A DNA stretch of 64,000 nt. Origin: an uncultured Ignavibacteria bacterium. Its GTDB lineage: Bacteria > Bacteroidota > Ignavibacteria > Tepidaquicellales > OLB5. Where the stretch lies: assembly GCA_947084945.1 (NCBI GenBank), contig CAMTUP010000009.1, positions 205,882 to 269,881 on the forward strand, written 5' to 3'. The position numbers and the translations under genes are program-made. Position 1 is the stretch's first letter. The number at the start of each line of letters is the position of its first letter. Below the pieces are notes generated by a model that saw only the letters and a list, made by a program, of their open reading frames with translations, searched no databases and had not been told where the DNA came from. Shown here in pieces: positions 8,980-17,892 of the stretch.

Positions 8980-9918
8980 TTAAAACGGCAAATTATCATA
9001 ATCATAGATTTCAACTCCTTCTTTCTTTTTAAATATAACCATTTGAAATTTAATATAGTTAGTATTATTCATAGGTTTATTATGATAATTAAGTACTTCT
9101 AAACATTCTTTTTTACATTCAGGCTTTTCAGTGCAATTTCTTTTCATATCGAATAGAAAGTCCTTAATGTCTTCAGGATAACTTATTCCAAAATCATAGA
9201 GTTTATCCCCATCAGTGCAACTAAAGATCACATCTTTATTAGTTGTTGAATACCCCCTCAAACCAAGTATATATATTAATTCTAATAATCTATCTTTGTC
9301 TTTACTAGTATTTTTTTCTCTCATTGAAGATATTATAACTAAAGTATCTGATTTAAAATCTGACTTCTTAAAAATGTTTCTAACGCTTTCAAAAGCAGAA
9401 TCATCAAATTCGCCAATGGATTTAGGAAATATTATTGTGTTATAATCTTCATTTATCGAACTACAATTTTGGATATTATCAATGATTATGTTTGGCGATA
9501 ATTCTTCAGAAATCAAATTTTTGTAATCCCAGTTAACAACATCAATGCCTTTATATTGGGAAAGAATATCAATATTCATCTTTTTTGATTGTACAGCCCA
9601 ATAAAAACCATAAAAATCTAATCCGCAGCCAGCACCTATTGAGAGAATCTTAATCTTATTTAGATCTATAATATTATCTTTAATCAATTTTTCGTAAATA
9701 TATTTGTATTCTATACTGTAAATAGGGAAAAACTTCAAAAGATAAAGTTGTTGAATTATTTTAGTATTATAATTAGGAACATGTCCACCGTCGAACCTAA
9801 AATCCTTTAGTTCGCATAATGTCGGAGGAACTGCTACAGCTTTAAAGTCATTGTAAAGTCTATCTAAGGACTTTAGAACGAATGAAACAAACTCAGGTTC
9901 TTTTCTACCTATTAGCAT
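8980..9918 (-). CDS. hypothetical protein, probable class I SAM-dependent methyltransferase
   Basis: Has the motif-I-like ILSIGAGCGLD and a downstream YKGIDVVNWDY. Lies 31 bp upstream of the DUF1848-like gene. Confidence 0.45.
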   Translation of the reverse strand: MLIGRKEPEFVSFVLKSLDRLYNDFKAVAVPPTLCELKDFRFDGGHVPNYNTKIIQQLYLLKFFPIYSIEYKYIYEKLIKDNIIDLNKIKILSIGAGCGLDFYGFYWAVQSKKMNIDILSQYKGIDVVNWDYKNLISEELSPNIIIDNIQNCSSINEDYNTIIFPKSIGEFDDSAFESVRNIFKKSDFKSDTLVIISSMREKNTSKDKDRLLELIYILGLRGYSTTNKDVIFSCTDGDKLYDFGISYPEDIKDFLFDMKRNCTEKPECKKECLEVLNYHNKPMNNTNYIKFQMVIFKKKEGVEIYDYDNLPF

Positions 9919-10018
9919 AATTTTAATTGTTAATATTATCCAATAAAAAATATAAGTTCTTTATAAATTTTTACACATGTATATTAAATTTCCATTAATA
10001 TTTTCCCCGTTTTTCCCC

Positions 10019-10058
10019 GTTGTTGGTGTTGCCGAAGGACTTTACGTTCACCGACAAC
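10019..10058. repeat. palindromic unit (GTTGTTGGTG ... CACCGACAAC)
   Basis: 9/10 complementary arms. Same family as the unit at 7526-7572. Confidence 0.65.
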
Positions 10059-10070
10059 AGATATAACACA

Positions 10071-10144
10071 AACCTTACAACCTTGTAACCTTCCTTCGCT
10101 ACGCTCAGTAAGGCAAGCCTGCAACATTCAAGCCTTCAAACCTT
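10071..10144. repeat. period-8 tandem units abutting a stop codon
   Basis: AACCTTAC AACCTTGT AACCTTCC occupies 10071-10094. GCAAGCCT GCAACATT CAAGCCTT CAAACCTT occupies 10113-10144, ending at the stop codon (10145-10147) of the LbH gene. Confidence 0.8.
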
Positions 10145-10927
10145 TCACTCCCAGCCTTGATTTTCGAGGAGCTGGTCCTTGGATACAGGGCGGAGCTCCC
10201 TTGCGGGTGCCCCTATAAAAATCATCCTCGGGGGAACATTCTTTGTTATAACAGCGCCTGCTGCTATTACAGCATCTTCGCCGATTTCAATTCCAGGTAG
10301 TATTACTGCTCCCCCGCCGACCCGAGCCCCTTTGCGCAGTGTTACGCCTTTAAAATGCTTGAAGCGTTCTTCGGTTCTGCCTAAATAATTATCGTTTGTT
10401 GTAACAACACCCGGGGCTATAAAGCAGTAATCTTCTATTATAGAGTATGCCGTAATATATGAATTTGTTTCGAGCTTGCACTTTTTGCCAATTGTTGTAA
10501 AATTTTCAACCGTACAGCTTCTTCCTATTATAGTATATTCACCCACCGTAACGTCTTCTCTAACCGCTGCTGAATCAGCTATGAGTACATTGTTTGCAAT
10601 CTTGCATCCTGTATAAATAATTACCTGCGCTCCAATTAAGCATTCATCCCCAATCACTGCCGGCTCATAGGTTTTATCCTGCTTAAAAATGCTTCGTTTT
10701 GATCTTAAGGGTTGCTTGCCAATTACTGAGTTTGCATCAATCCTGACACCATTGCCAATTTTTGTGCCTGCGTGTATCACCACATTATGCCCTATCTGGC
10801 AATCATCGCCAATAACCGCATCTTTTTCAATAACTGCAAACTGCCCGATAGTACAATTTTTTCCCAACGATGCTGTGGTATCAATGAACATATTGCCCAT
10901 TGTTTGAAGAAATTTACCTGTATCCAT
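10145..10927 (-). CDS. left-handed beta-helix (hexapeptide-repeat) acyl/acetyltransferase
   Basis: Imperfect [LIV]-G-x4 hexapeptide repeats run throughout (IGDDCQIGHNVVIHAGTKIGNGVRI...). Confidence 0.8.
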   Translation of the reverse strand: MDTGKFLQTMGNMFIDTTASLGKNCTIGQFAVIEKDAVIGDDCQIGHNVVIHAGTKIGNGVRIDANSVIGKQPLRSKRSIFKQDKTYEPAVIGDECLIGAQVIIYTGCKIANNVLIADSAAVREDVTVGEYTIIGRSCTVENFTTIGKKCKLETNSYITAYSIIEDYCFIAPGVVTTNDNYLGRTEERFKHFKGVTLRKGARVGGGAVILPGIEIGEDAVIAAGAVITKNVPPRMIFIGAPARELRPVSKDQLLENQGWE

Positions 10928-11265
10928 ATGTTTTAAATAATTTATTTTTTATCAATATATGAAGATATTCGTGCCAAGAAAACAAAATTACAAAGCTCTA
11001 TGCTATATCCTGATTCAACGAAACTATGACTAAATTTATTACTTCTATTCGTGGCACGAGCCAATAATTAACGAATATACCAAGCTTTTAAAATCATTTC
11101 AAATCAATAAATTATGCAGATACCCTCCCCTTCGGGGAGGGAAGGGTGGGGTACTAAATAAGTATGAATAATTCCATTATTGAAATTAATGAACTACTTT
11201 AGCATATTTGCAGATAAACGTTAATAATACAAATTTTTGTTCATTTTATATAGAGAGGTTTACAT

Positions 11266-11604
11266 ATGTCATTTATCTTTACAGCACGCCATTTTAAAGC
11301 CCACGAATCACTCAAAGAATATGCAGAAGAAGAATCAAAAAAATTTACAAAAATATACAATGGCATAATTAAAACAGAAGTTATCTTAAGTTTTGATAAA
11401 CCAGAAAACAGCATAAAGCACGCGGAAGTAATAGTGCACGCTAAACACAATCACACTTTTACTGCAAAGGAATCATCGGATGATTTTATGAAGTCCATAC
11501 TAGGCTCGATGGAAAAAGTAGAAACCCAGATTAGAAAGTTTAAAGATAAGCTAACCGATCACAGTGGCGAAATATCAGTTAAGAATTTTGAAATTGAAGA
11601 TTAA
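11266..11604 (+). CDS. hpf: ribosome hibernation promoting factor (RaiA/HPF family)
   Basis: 112 aa, HPF-like N-terminus (FTARHFKAHESLKEYAEEE), directly upstream of hprK. Confidence 0.8.
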   Translation: MSFIFTARHFKAHESLKEYAEEESKKFTKIYNGIIKTEVILSFDKPENSIKHAEVIVHAKHNHTFTAKESSDDFMKSILGSMEKVETQIRKFKDKLTDHSGEISVKNFEIED

Positions 11605-11610
11605 TGTTAT

Positions 11611-12657
11611 ATGAAACACATTCATAAAATTCTAAAGAACATAGAGGAAGTAAAAAAAGAAAAGATAACTGTAGAATATTTCTATAATGCAGCCAAGAAT
11701 AGGTTTAAACTAACAAAAATATCAGAAGATAAAAAAGGTCTTGATAAAATAATTAAAGATCAGCATATCCACAGGCCTGGTCTTGCCTTGGCAGGTTATA
11801 CAGCGCTTTTTACTTTCGATAGGGTTCAGATACTTGGCAACACAGAAATGCGATATTTAAAAACTCTTTCAGCCGAGCATCGCACAAAAGCATTAAAAAA
11901 ATTCTTTTCATTCAACATGCCCTGCATTTGCTTAACTTTCAACAACAAGCCCAGCGAAGAATTTATGGAAATGGCAAACAGGAAAGGAATTGCTGTTTTT
12001 ATTACACCGCTTGAGACCACTAAATTTGCGTATTTCATCAATGATTTCCTTGATGACCAGTTCACGCCACAAATAGCACTACATGGTTCTTTTGTTGATG
12101 TATATGGAGTTGGTTTGTTGTTTTATGGCAGAAGCGGAATAGGTAAGAGTGAAATAGCTTTAGACTTAGTAGAACGCGGTCACAGGCTTGTTGCCGATGA
12201 TGTTGTAATGATCTCCCGCAAGGGTGACGGTATATTAATGGGTACAGGCACCGATTTAGTTAAACATTTTATGGAAATACGCGGACTTGGCATTATAGAC
12301 GTAAAAAGTGTTTTCGGTATCAGGGCTATAAGATACCAGAAAAGGGTTGAGCTTTTAGTAAACCTTGAAGAATGGGACTCAAATAAAGAATATACCCGCA
12401 CCGGATTGGAAAGTGAAACAATAGATATGTTAGGTGTTGATCTTCCATTTGTAAGGCTGCCAATTTTCCCTGGTAAGAATATAACAGTAATTTCCGAGAT
12501 AATTGCGCTCAACTATTTATGCAAACATTATGGCTTTGATGCCGCAAAAGAGCTAAGTGAGAAACTTGAAATGGCAATTAACAATAAATCTAAATTCAAA
12601 GATTCGAACATCGGATATGAACGTTCTGTAGAATACCTGGAACACGACTTTGAATAA
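11611..12657 (+). CDS. hprK: HPr kinase/phosphorylase
   Basis: GRSGIGKSEIALDLVERGHRLVADD matches the Walker A plus HprK signature. Confidence 0.9.
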   Translation: MKHIHKILKNIEEVKKEKITVEYFYNAAKNRFKLTKISEDKKGLDKIIKDQHIHRPGLALAGYTALFTFDRVQILGNTEMRYLKTLSAEHRTKALKKFFSFNMPCICLTFNNKPSEEFMEMANRKGIAVFITPLETTKFAYFINDFLDDQFTPQIALHGSFVDVYGVGLLFYGRSGIGKSEIALDLVERGHRLVADDVVMISRKGDGILMGTGTDLVKHFMEIRGLGIIDVKSVFGIRAIRYQKRVELLVNLEEWDSNKEYTRTGLESETIDMLGVDLPFVRLPIFPGKNITVISEIIALNYLCKHYGFDAAKELSEKLEMAINNKSKFKDSNIGYERSVEYLEHDFE

Positions 12658-12672
12658 TTAAACATAAACAGT

Positions 12673-14478
12673 ATGAAAAAGTATTTCGCTTTCCTTTTTT
12701 TCGCAGTTATTGCATCCCTAATTTCACTGAATTGCTCTAAAAAAGATGAATCAATAAATAATAAAGTTGAAGATTACTCAAAAGTAGCACCTGTTGATAC
12801 AATAGGCGCATTAATTGGTGACTGGATAATACAAAGAGAGCTTGCCGACCCTCAAAGTCTTAACCCTGTAACATTACAAGATGCAACCGGCAGAGAATTT
12901 TCAATCCATGTTTTTGAGCGTCTTATGTGGGCAGCCGGCAGAGAAGATTACGAGCTTGTTCCCTGGCTTGCCGAGTCAGCTCCCGAGGAAACCCCTGACC
13001 ATTTAAATTATACATATAAGATAAGAAAAGGAATTACATTTTCGGATGGTAAGCCATTAACAGGCAAGGATGTGATATTTACTTTTAAAGCAATGATGAA
13101 TCCGCAGGTTGATGCAGCCCAATCAAGGCAGGCAATTGATATGCTTAAAAATGTCGAGCTGCTTGGCGGCGATGAATATACGGTCAGGTTTACACTATCA
13201 CGCCCATATTTTAAAGCAATCTTTGCCCTAAGTGATATTCAGATTATGTCAAAAGAAGCTGCTGACCCTGAACATCTGACAGATAAATATACTTTTGAAG
13301 AATGCAAAGATATTGCATCTTCACAGAAAAACCCTGCAATGAAAAAATTTGCTGACTCTTTTAATTCACAGGAAGCTAATAGAGTCCCGAAAAATTTAAT
13401 TGGTTCTGGTCCATATATATTTGAGAAATGGGATACAGGTCAATGGGTGCATTTTAAAAGAAATCCAAACTACTGGAATAAATCTGCAGTTCATGGAATG
13501 GCATACCCAGAAAAGCTTATAATTAGAGTAATACAGGATCAAAGTGCTGCAACGGTTGCTGCGAAGAACAAGGAAATTGACCTTATGTATGTTACAAAAC
13601 CAATGGACTTTGTAAAAGAACTTGCGAATCCTGAAAAATTTAACATGAAAAAAGCAGATCCATTTGAACCCTCATTCGTTTATATTGGATACAATATGAA
13701 GAATGTCTTATTCAATGACCTAAAGGTTCGATGGGCATTGGCATATATAGTAGATAGAAAGCTGATTATAGATAAAGTTCAATACGGACTTGCTGTACCT
13801 ATAGAAAGCCCCATATACTTTGGCGATAAAAAGAATTTTAATTCAGAGCTTCCTCCGATTGATTACAACCCTGAAAAAGCTAAACAGCTTTTAAACGAAG
13901 CAGGATGGAAAGATACAGATGGTGATGGAGTTCTTGATAAAATGATAAATGATAGAAAAGTTGATTTTAAGTTCACTTATTTGCTCAATACAAACGAGTC
14001 ACGTAAACAGACTATACTTGTTATTGCAGATGCACTAAAGAAAATTGGAATAATTGCCGAAATACAGGTTCTTGAATGGTCAGTATTCCTAGAAAAAATA
14101 AAGAAGCATGAATATGAAGCATTAATGGGAGCATGGCTATTGACAGATTATCCGCCAGACCAGTACCAGATATTCCATTCATCCCAATCAAAAAATGATG
14201 GGAGCAATTACGGAAGTTACAGTAATCCTGTTGCAGATTCATTAATGTCAGCATACAGAAGTGAATTTGATGAGACAAAAAGAATTGAAATTAATAAACA
14301 GCTACAAAAAGTATTTTATGATGACCAGGCATATACATTTTTGTGGACACCTAAGGCTAAATATGTATATTCCGATAGATTCAAAAATGTAAGGTGGTAT
14401 CCTACTCCGCCAACAGCATATCATACACTTGAGTGGTGGGTCCCAGCAAACCAGCGAAAATACCAAACAGCAAACTAG
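12673..14478 (+). CDS. ABC transporter substrate-binding lipoprotein, family 5 (Opp/Dpp-like), paralog 1
   Basis: Has a lipobox (SLISLNCSK) and is 601 aa. Collinear similarity to the ORF at 15035-16837; permeases lie downstream. Confidence 0.85.
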   Translation: MKKYFAFLFFAVIASLISLNCSKKDESINNKVEDYSKVAPVDTIGALIGDWIIQRELADPQSLNPVTLQDATGREFSIHVFERLMWAAGREDYELVPWLAESAPEETPDHLNYTYKIRKGITFSDGKPLTGKDVIFTFKAMMNPQVDAAQSRQAIDMLKNVELLGGDEYTVRFTLSRPYFKAIFALSDIQIMSKEAADPEHLTDKYTFEECKDIASSQKNPAMKKFADSFNSQEANRVPKNLIGSGPYIFEKWDTGQWVHFKRNPNYWNKSAVHGMAYPEKLIIRVIQDQSAATVAAKNKEIDLMYVTKPMDFVKELANPEKFNMKKADPFEPSFVYIGYNMKNVLFNDLKVRWALAYIVDRKLIIDKVQYGLAVPIESPIYFGDKKNFNSELPPIDYNPEKAKQLLNEAGWKDTDGDGVLDKMINDRKVDFKFTYLLNTNESRKQTILVIADALKKIGIIAEIQVLEWSVFLEKIKKHEYEALMGAWLLTDYPPDQYQIFHSSQSKNDGSNYGSYSNPVADSLMSAYRSEFDETKRIEINKQLQKVFYDDQAYTFLWTPKAKYVYSDRFKNVRWYPTPPTAYHTLEWWVPANQRKYQTAN

Positions 14479-14503
14479 AAAAAGCAATAAAAACTAATTA
14501 TAT

Positions 14504-14908
14504 AACTCACCTTACGCATTCCCGAGCTGTGCATGCGACAGGCAGGCAAGCCGGAATCACTGGTCTTGTCATTCCTGCGCCGTGCCTGCGGAAGGCAGGA
14601 AGGCAGGAATCTTTAGAAATTAATCCACAATTATTAATATAAAACAATTTTCATGTATAGCTTTTGCGTTTATATTCTCGATAGTAAAAAGATGGAAACG
14701 AGATTGGAATATCTAGCTTATAGAAGAAAAGAATCTTGAATAGAAAGACCTGTATTATGATATTGGCGGGGAAGAATTTAATACAGAAATGAAAAATCAA
14801 CATCTTAAAATCAAAAACAAGATTCCTGCCTTCGCCCTAAAAACAGGGCAGACAGGAATGACAAAAAACCTCCCGCAGACACGGAGTGGGTATGCGTAAG
14901 ATGAATTT
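14504..14908. repeat. composite palindromic (MITE-like) element, AACTCACCTTACGCA family
   Basis: The left arm AACTCACCTTACGCATTCCCGAGCTGTG (14504-14531) faces a degenerate inverted right arm CACGGAGTGGGTATGCGTAAGATGAATTT (14880-14908). The interior holds further hairpin units, including 14814-14868. Confidence 0.7.
14814..14868. repeat. 55-nt hairpin unit (GATTCCTGCC..GCCCTAAAAACAGGGC..GACAGGAATG)
   Basis: Base-for-base identical to 34937-34991. An inverted copy with 1 mismatch lies at 48632-48671. Confidence 0.9.
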
Positions 14909-15034
14909 ATAAAAGAATTCATTTTGCAGTTGAAATTGTCATTTATATAGATAAATTGCGTTTTTACAAAGCAAATTTTTGAAATTTTCCAAAAATTCAA
15001 AATATTTATCAAATTTAATAAGATATATTCTACC

Positions 15035-16837
15035 ATGAATAAACTAAAATTTACTGCCCTCTTGGCAATATTGGTTATTTCAATTATTATCACAGGCTGT
15101 GGTGGTAAAACCACACAGCAGAAAACCGATAACCAAAATCAGTCAAATGATATATCTGCTGTTGATACAACAGGTGCTGTTACGGGCGACTGGCTAATCA
15201 TCAGAGGAATGTCCGACCCAGAAAAATTAAACCCAATCGTTTCTAACGATGCAAGTGCATCTGAAATATGTTCTTATATTTTTGAGTATCTGCTTGACCA
15301 GAATAAAGAAACATATGAGTTGGTACCAAGGCTTGCTGCATTACCTGAAGTTTCTGCCGATAATCTCAGTTATACATTTACAATTAACAAAAATGCAAAG
15401 TTTTCAGACGGTAAACCTGTTACTGCAAATGATGTTATATTTACACTTAAATTAATAAAGATACCATTTATAGATGCTGCTGCCACAAGAAACTATTTTG
15501 AAATGGTTGATAGAGCCGAAATAGCAGATAACGATCCCCAGAAAGTTAAATTCATTTTAACAAAGCCTAACTGGAGAGGAGTTTATACTTTAGGACTATT
15601 CAGCATACTCCCCAAACATATACTTGACCCAAATAATATTACAGATAAGTTTCAATGGGAAGAATTCAAGGATATGAGAATAGCTTCACAAAATCCTGAA
15701 ATGCAAAAGTTTGCTGATTTTATTAACTCACAGGAAGTATCCAGACAAGCAAAATACTTAGTTGGCTCGGGTCCATATATGTTTGAAAAATGGGATACCG
15801 GAGCAGGTGTAACAATTGTTAGAAATAAGAATTATTGGGGTAATCAGAATTTAGCTAATTATCCACAGAAAATTATTTTCAAGACTATACAGGATAACTC
15901 TGCAGCATTAGTTGCAGCAAAGAATAAAGAAGTTGATGTTATGTCCGTTATCAAGCCTGCAGACTTCTATAAAGATATTCAAAACCCTGAACAGTTTAAT
16001 CTTATTAAAGCCAGACCTCTTGAGCCTTCATATGCTTATTTAGCATGGAACCAATTAAATCCTCTATTTCAGGATAAAAAAGTTAGGCTTGCTTTATCTT
16101 ATCTGGTTGATAGAAAAATCATTATTGATAAAATTTTGTTTGGCGATGCAGTACCCATACAATCACCTATATTTTACAAAAACACAAAGTTGTTAAATGA
16201 AAATCTTGCTGAAATACCTTTCGATCCTGAAAAAGCTAAAATACTATTGGAAGAAGCAGGGTGGAAAGATTCTGATGGTAATGGTGTTCTTGATAAAGTT
16301 ATTGCTGGTAAGAAAATGGACTTCAAGTTTACTTTCCTAATCAATACAAACCCAGTGAGGAAACAAATTTTATTGGTAATTGTTGATGCATTAAAGAAAG
16401 TTGGAATACGCGCAGATGTTCAGGAACTTGAATGGTCTGTTTATCTTGATAAAACCAAGAAACATGAATTTGAAGCAACATATTCAGGTTGGACATCTCC
16501 AACTTTACCACCGGATCCATATCAAATCTGGCATTCATCACAGTCAGAAGGTGAAGGAAGCAATTACATCAGTTTCAATAACAAGCTCAATGATAGTCTT
16601 ATAGTAGAATTCAGAAACGAAATGGATGAAAACAAAAGAGTTAATATCATTAAACAGTGGCAGCAGCTTATTTATGATGAGCAGCCTTACACTTTTTTGT
16701 GGAGCGGAAGAGCCCGTTACATCTACGACAAGAGATTTAAAAACACAAGATGGTATAACATTCAGCCAAGTCCTTCATATAATGAATGGTGGGTGCCTGT
16801 AGCACAGCAGAAATTTACACAGGATAAAAATAATTAA
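15035..16837 (+). CDS. ABC transporter substrate-binding lipoprotein, family 5, paralog 2
   Basis: Has a lipobox (IIITGCGG) and is 600 aa. Shares blocks with paralog 1 (GSGPYxFEKWDTG, AAKNKExD, EAGWKDxDGxGVLDK). Confidence 0.85.
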   Translation: MNKLKFTALLAILVISIIITGCGGKTTQQKTDNQNQSNDISAVDTTGAVTGDWLIIRGMSDPEKLNPIVSNDASASEICSYIFEYLLDQNKETYELVPRLAALPEVSADNLSYTFTINKNAKFSDGKPVTANDVIFTLKLIKIPFIDAAATRNYFEMVDRAEIADNDPQKVKFILTKPNWRGVYTLGLFSILPKHILDPNNITDKFQWEEFKDMRIASQNPEMQKFADFINSQEVSRQAKYLVGSGPYMFEKWDTGAGVTIVRNKNYWGNQNLANYPQKIIFKTIQDNSAALVAAKNKEVDVMSVIKPADFYKDIQNPEQFNLIKARPLEPSYAYLAWNQLNPLFQDKKVRLALSYLVDRKIIIDKILFGDAVPIQSPIFYKNTKLLNENLAEIPFDPEKAKILLEEAGWKDSDGNGVLDKVIAGKKMDFKFTFLINTNPVRKQILLVIVDALKKVGIRADVQELEWSVYLDKTKKHEFEATYSGWTSPTLPPDPYQIWHSSQSEGEGSNYISFNNKLNDSLIVEFRNEMDENKRVNIIKQWQQLIYDEQPYTFLWSGRARYIYDKRFKNTRWYNIQPSPSYNEWWVPVAQQKFTQDKNN

Positions 16838-16865
16838 ACTGTAACAACTAAACTTGTAAGAAAGA

Positions 16866-17876
16866 ATGTCACAGTACATTTTAAAAAGAATACTTTTATT
16901 CATACCAACGCTGATAGCAATTACTATCATAACGTTTACAATTTCCAGGCTTGCACCCGGTGACCCCACAGAATTAAAAGTTGGCGTTAGCGGTGAGAAC
17001 ATGAAAGCTGATGAAAAGAGCCAGATGAACCAGCAGGCTAAGGACTATTATAAACAAAAATGGGGATTAGATAAACCGGTCTATTTGCAGTATTTTATAT
17101 GGCTTGGAAATATGGCAACAGGAGATTTTGGCAATTCATTTGTAGATAACCGTCCTGTAATGGATAAAATAATGGAAAGAATTCCTGTTACTGCGCCTAT
17201 TACACTGATGGTAATTGCATTAAGTTATCTTATTGCAATTCCCATAGGAATATTTTCTGCTGCAAGGCAATATAGTGTTGCAGATAGGTTTTCAACATTT
17301 ATGCTTTTTGTGTTTTATTCACTTCCATCTTTCTGGGTTGCTACTATGGCAATAGTATTTTTGGCAAATGTTGAATACATCAAGATATTCCCAACATCAG
17401 GGCTTTATACATTAGGGTCAGATAATTGGAGTTTTTTTGAAAGGTTATGGGATCGTGCTTACCATCTAATTCTTCCTGTATCTATCAGTTCACTTGCAAG
17501 TTTTGCTTTTTTATCAAGACAGATGAGAGGCAGTATGCTTGAGGTCATAAGGCAGGATTACGTAAGAACCGCCCGTGCTAAAGGTTTAACTGAAAGAACG
17601 GTAGTAATGAAACATGCCTTAAGAAATTCTTTGATACCTATTATCACTCTTTTGGGAGGAATTCTTCCAAGCCTTGTTGGCGGATCTGTTATAATAGAAA
17701 CAATATTCAGCATACCCGGTATTGGGCAACTTGCTTTCCAGGCATTAATTGCCAGAGATTACCCACTGATAATGGCAGAGCTTGTTCTTGCCGCAGTATT
17801 AACAATGTTTGGCTTATTGCTTGTTGATATTTTATATGCAATAGTAGATCCTAGAATTGCTTTTTCAAAGAAATAA
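16866..17876 (+). CDS. ABC transporter permease (DppB/OppB type)
   Basis: Multi-TM protein with YVRTARAKGLTERTVVMKHALRNSLIP, the conserved EAA-region motif. Confidence 0.9.
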   Translation: MSQYILKRILLFIPTLIAITIITFTISRLAPGDPTELKVGVSGENMKADEKSQMNQQAKDYYKQKWGLDKPVYLQYFIWLGNMATGDFGNSFVDNRPVMDKIMERIPVTAPITLMVIALSYLIAIPIGIFSAARQYSVADRFSTFMLFVFYSLPSFWVATMAIVFLANVEYIKIFPTSGLYTLGSDNWSFFERLWDRAYHLILPVSISSLASFAFLSRQMRGSMLEVIRQDYVRTARAKGLTERTVVMKHALRNSLIPIITLLGGILPSLVGGSVIIETIFSIPGIGQLAFQALIARDYPLIMAELVLAAVLTMFGLLLVDILYAIVDPRIAFSKK

Positions 17877-17892
17877 ATATTATTGATTTCAT

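Noticed and set aside
11052-11075. TGGCAC motifs (11052-11057, and also 61436-61441) considered as sigma-54 -24 elements, given the nearby hpf gene.
   Set aside because: No TTGC-like -12 element lies at the required spacing. The motif is part of a recurring ATTCGTGGCACGA palindromic repeat that is also seen near 61024.
14433-15114. Track ORFs 14433-14642 (+) and 14797-15114 (-). Similar cases are 22811-23011, 34887-35084, 56418-56633 and 56572-56760.
   Set aside because: They lie entirely within palindromic repeat elements. Their sequences (for example FVIPVCPVFRAKAGILF, found in two of them) are just translations of the shared hairpin unit, with no RBS or family resemblance.
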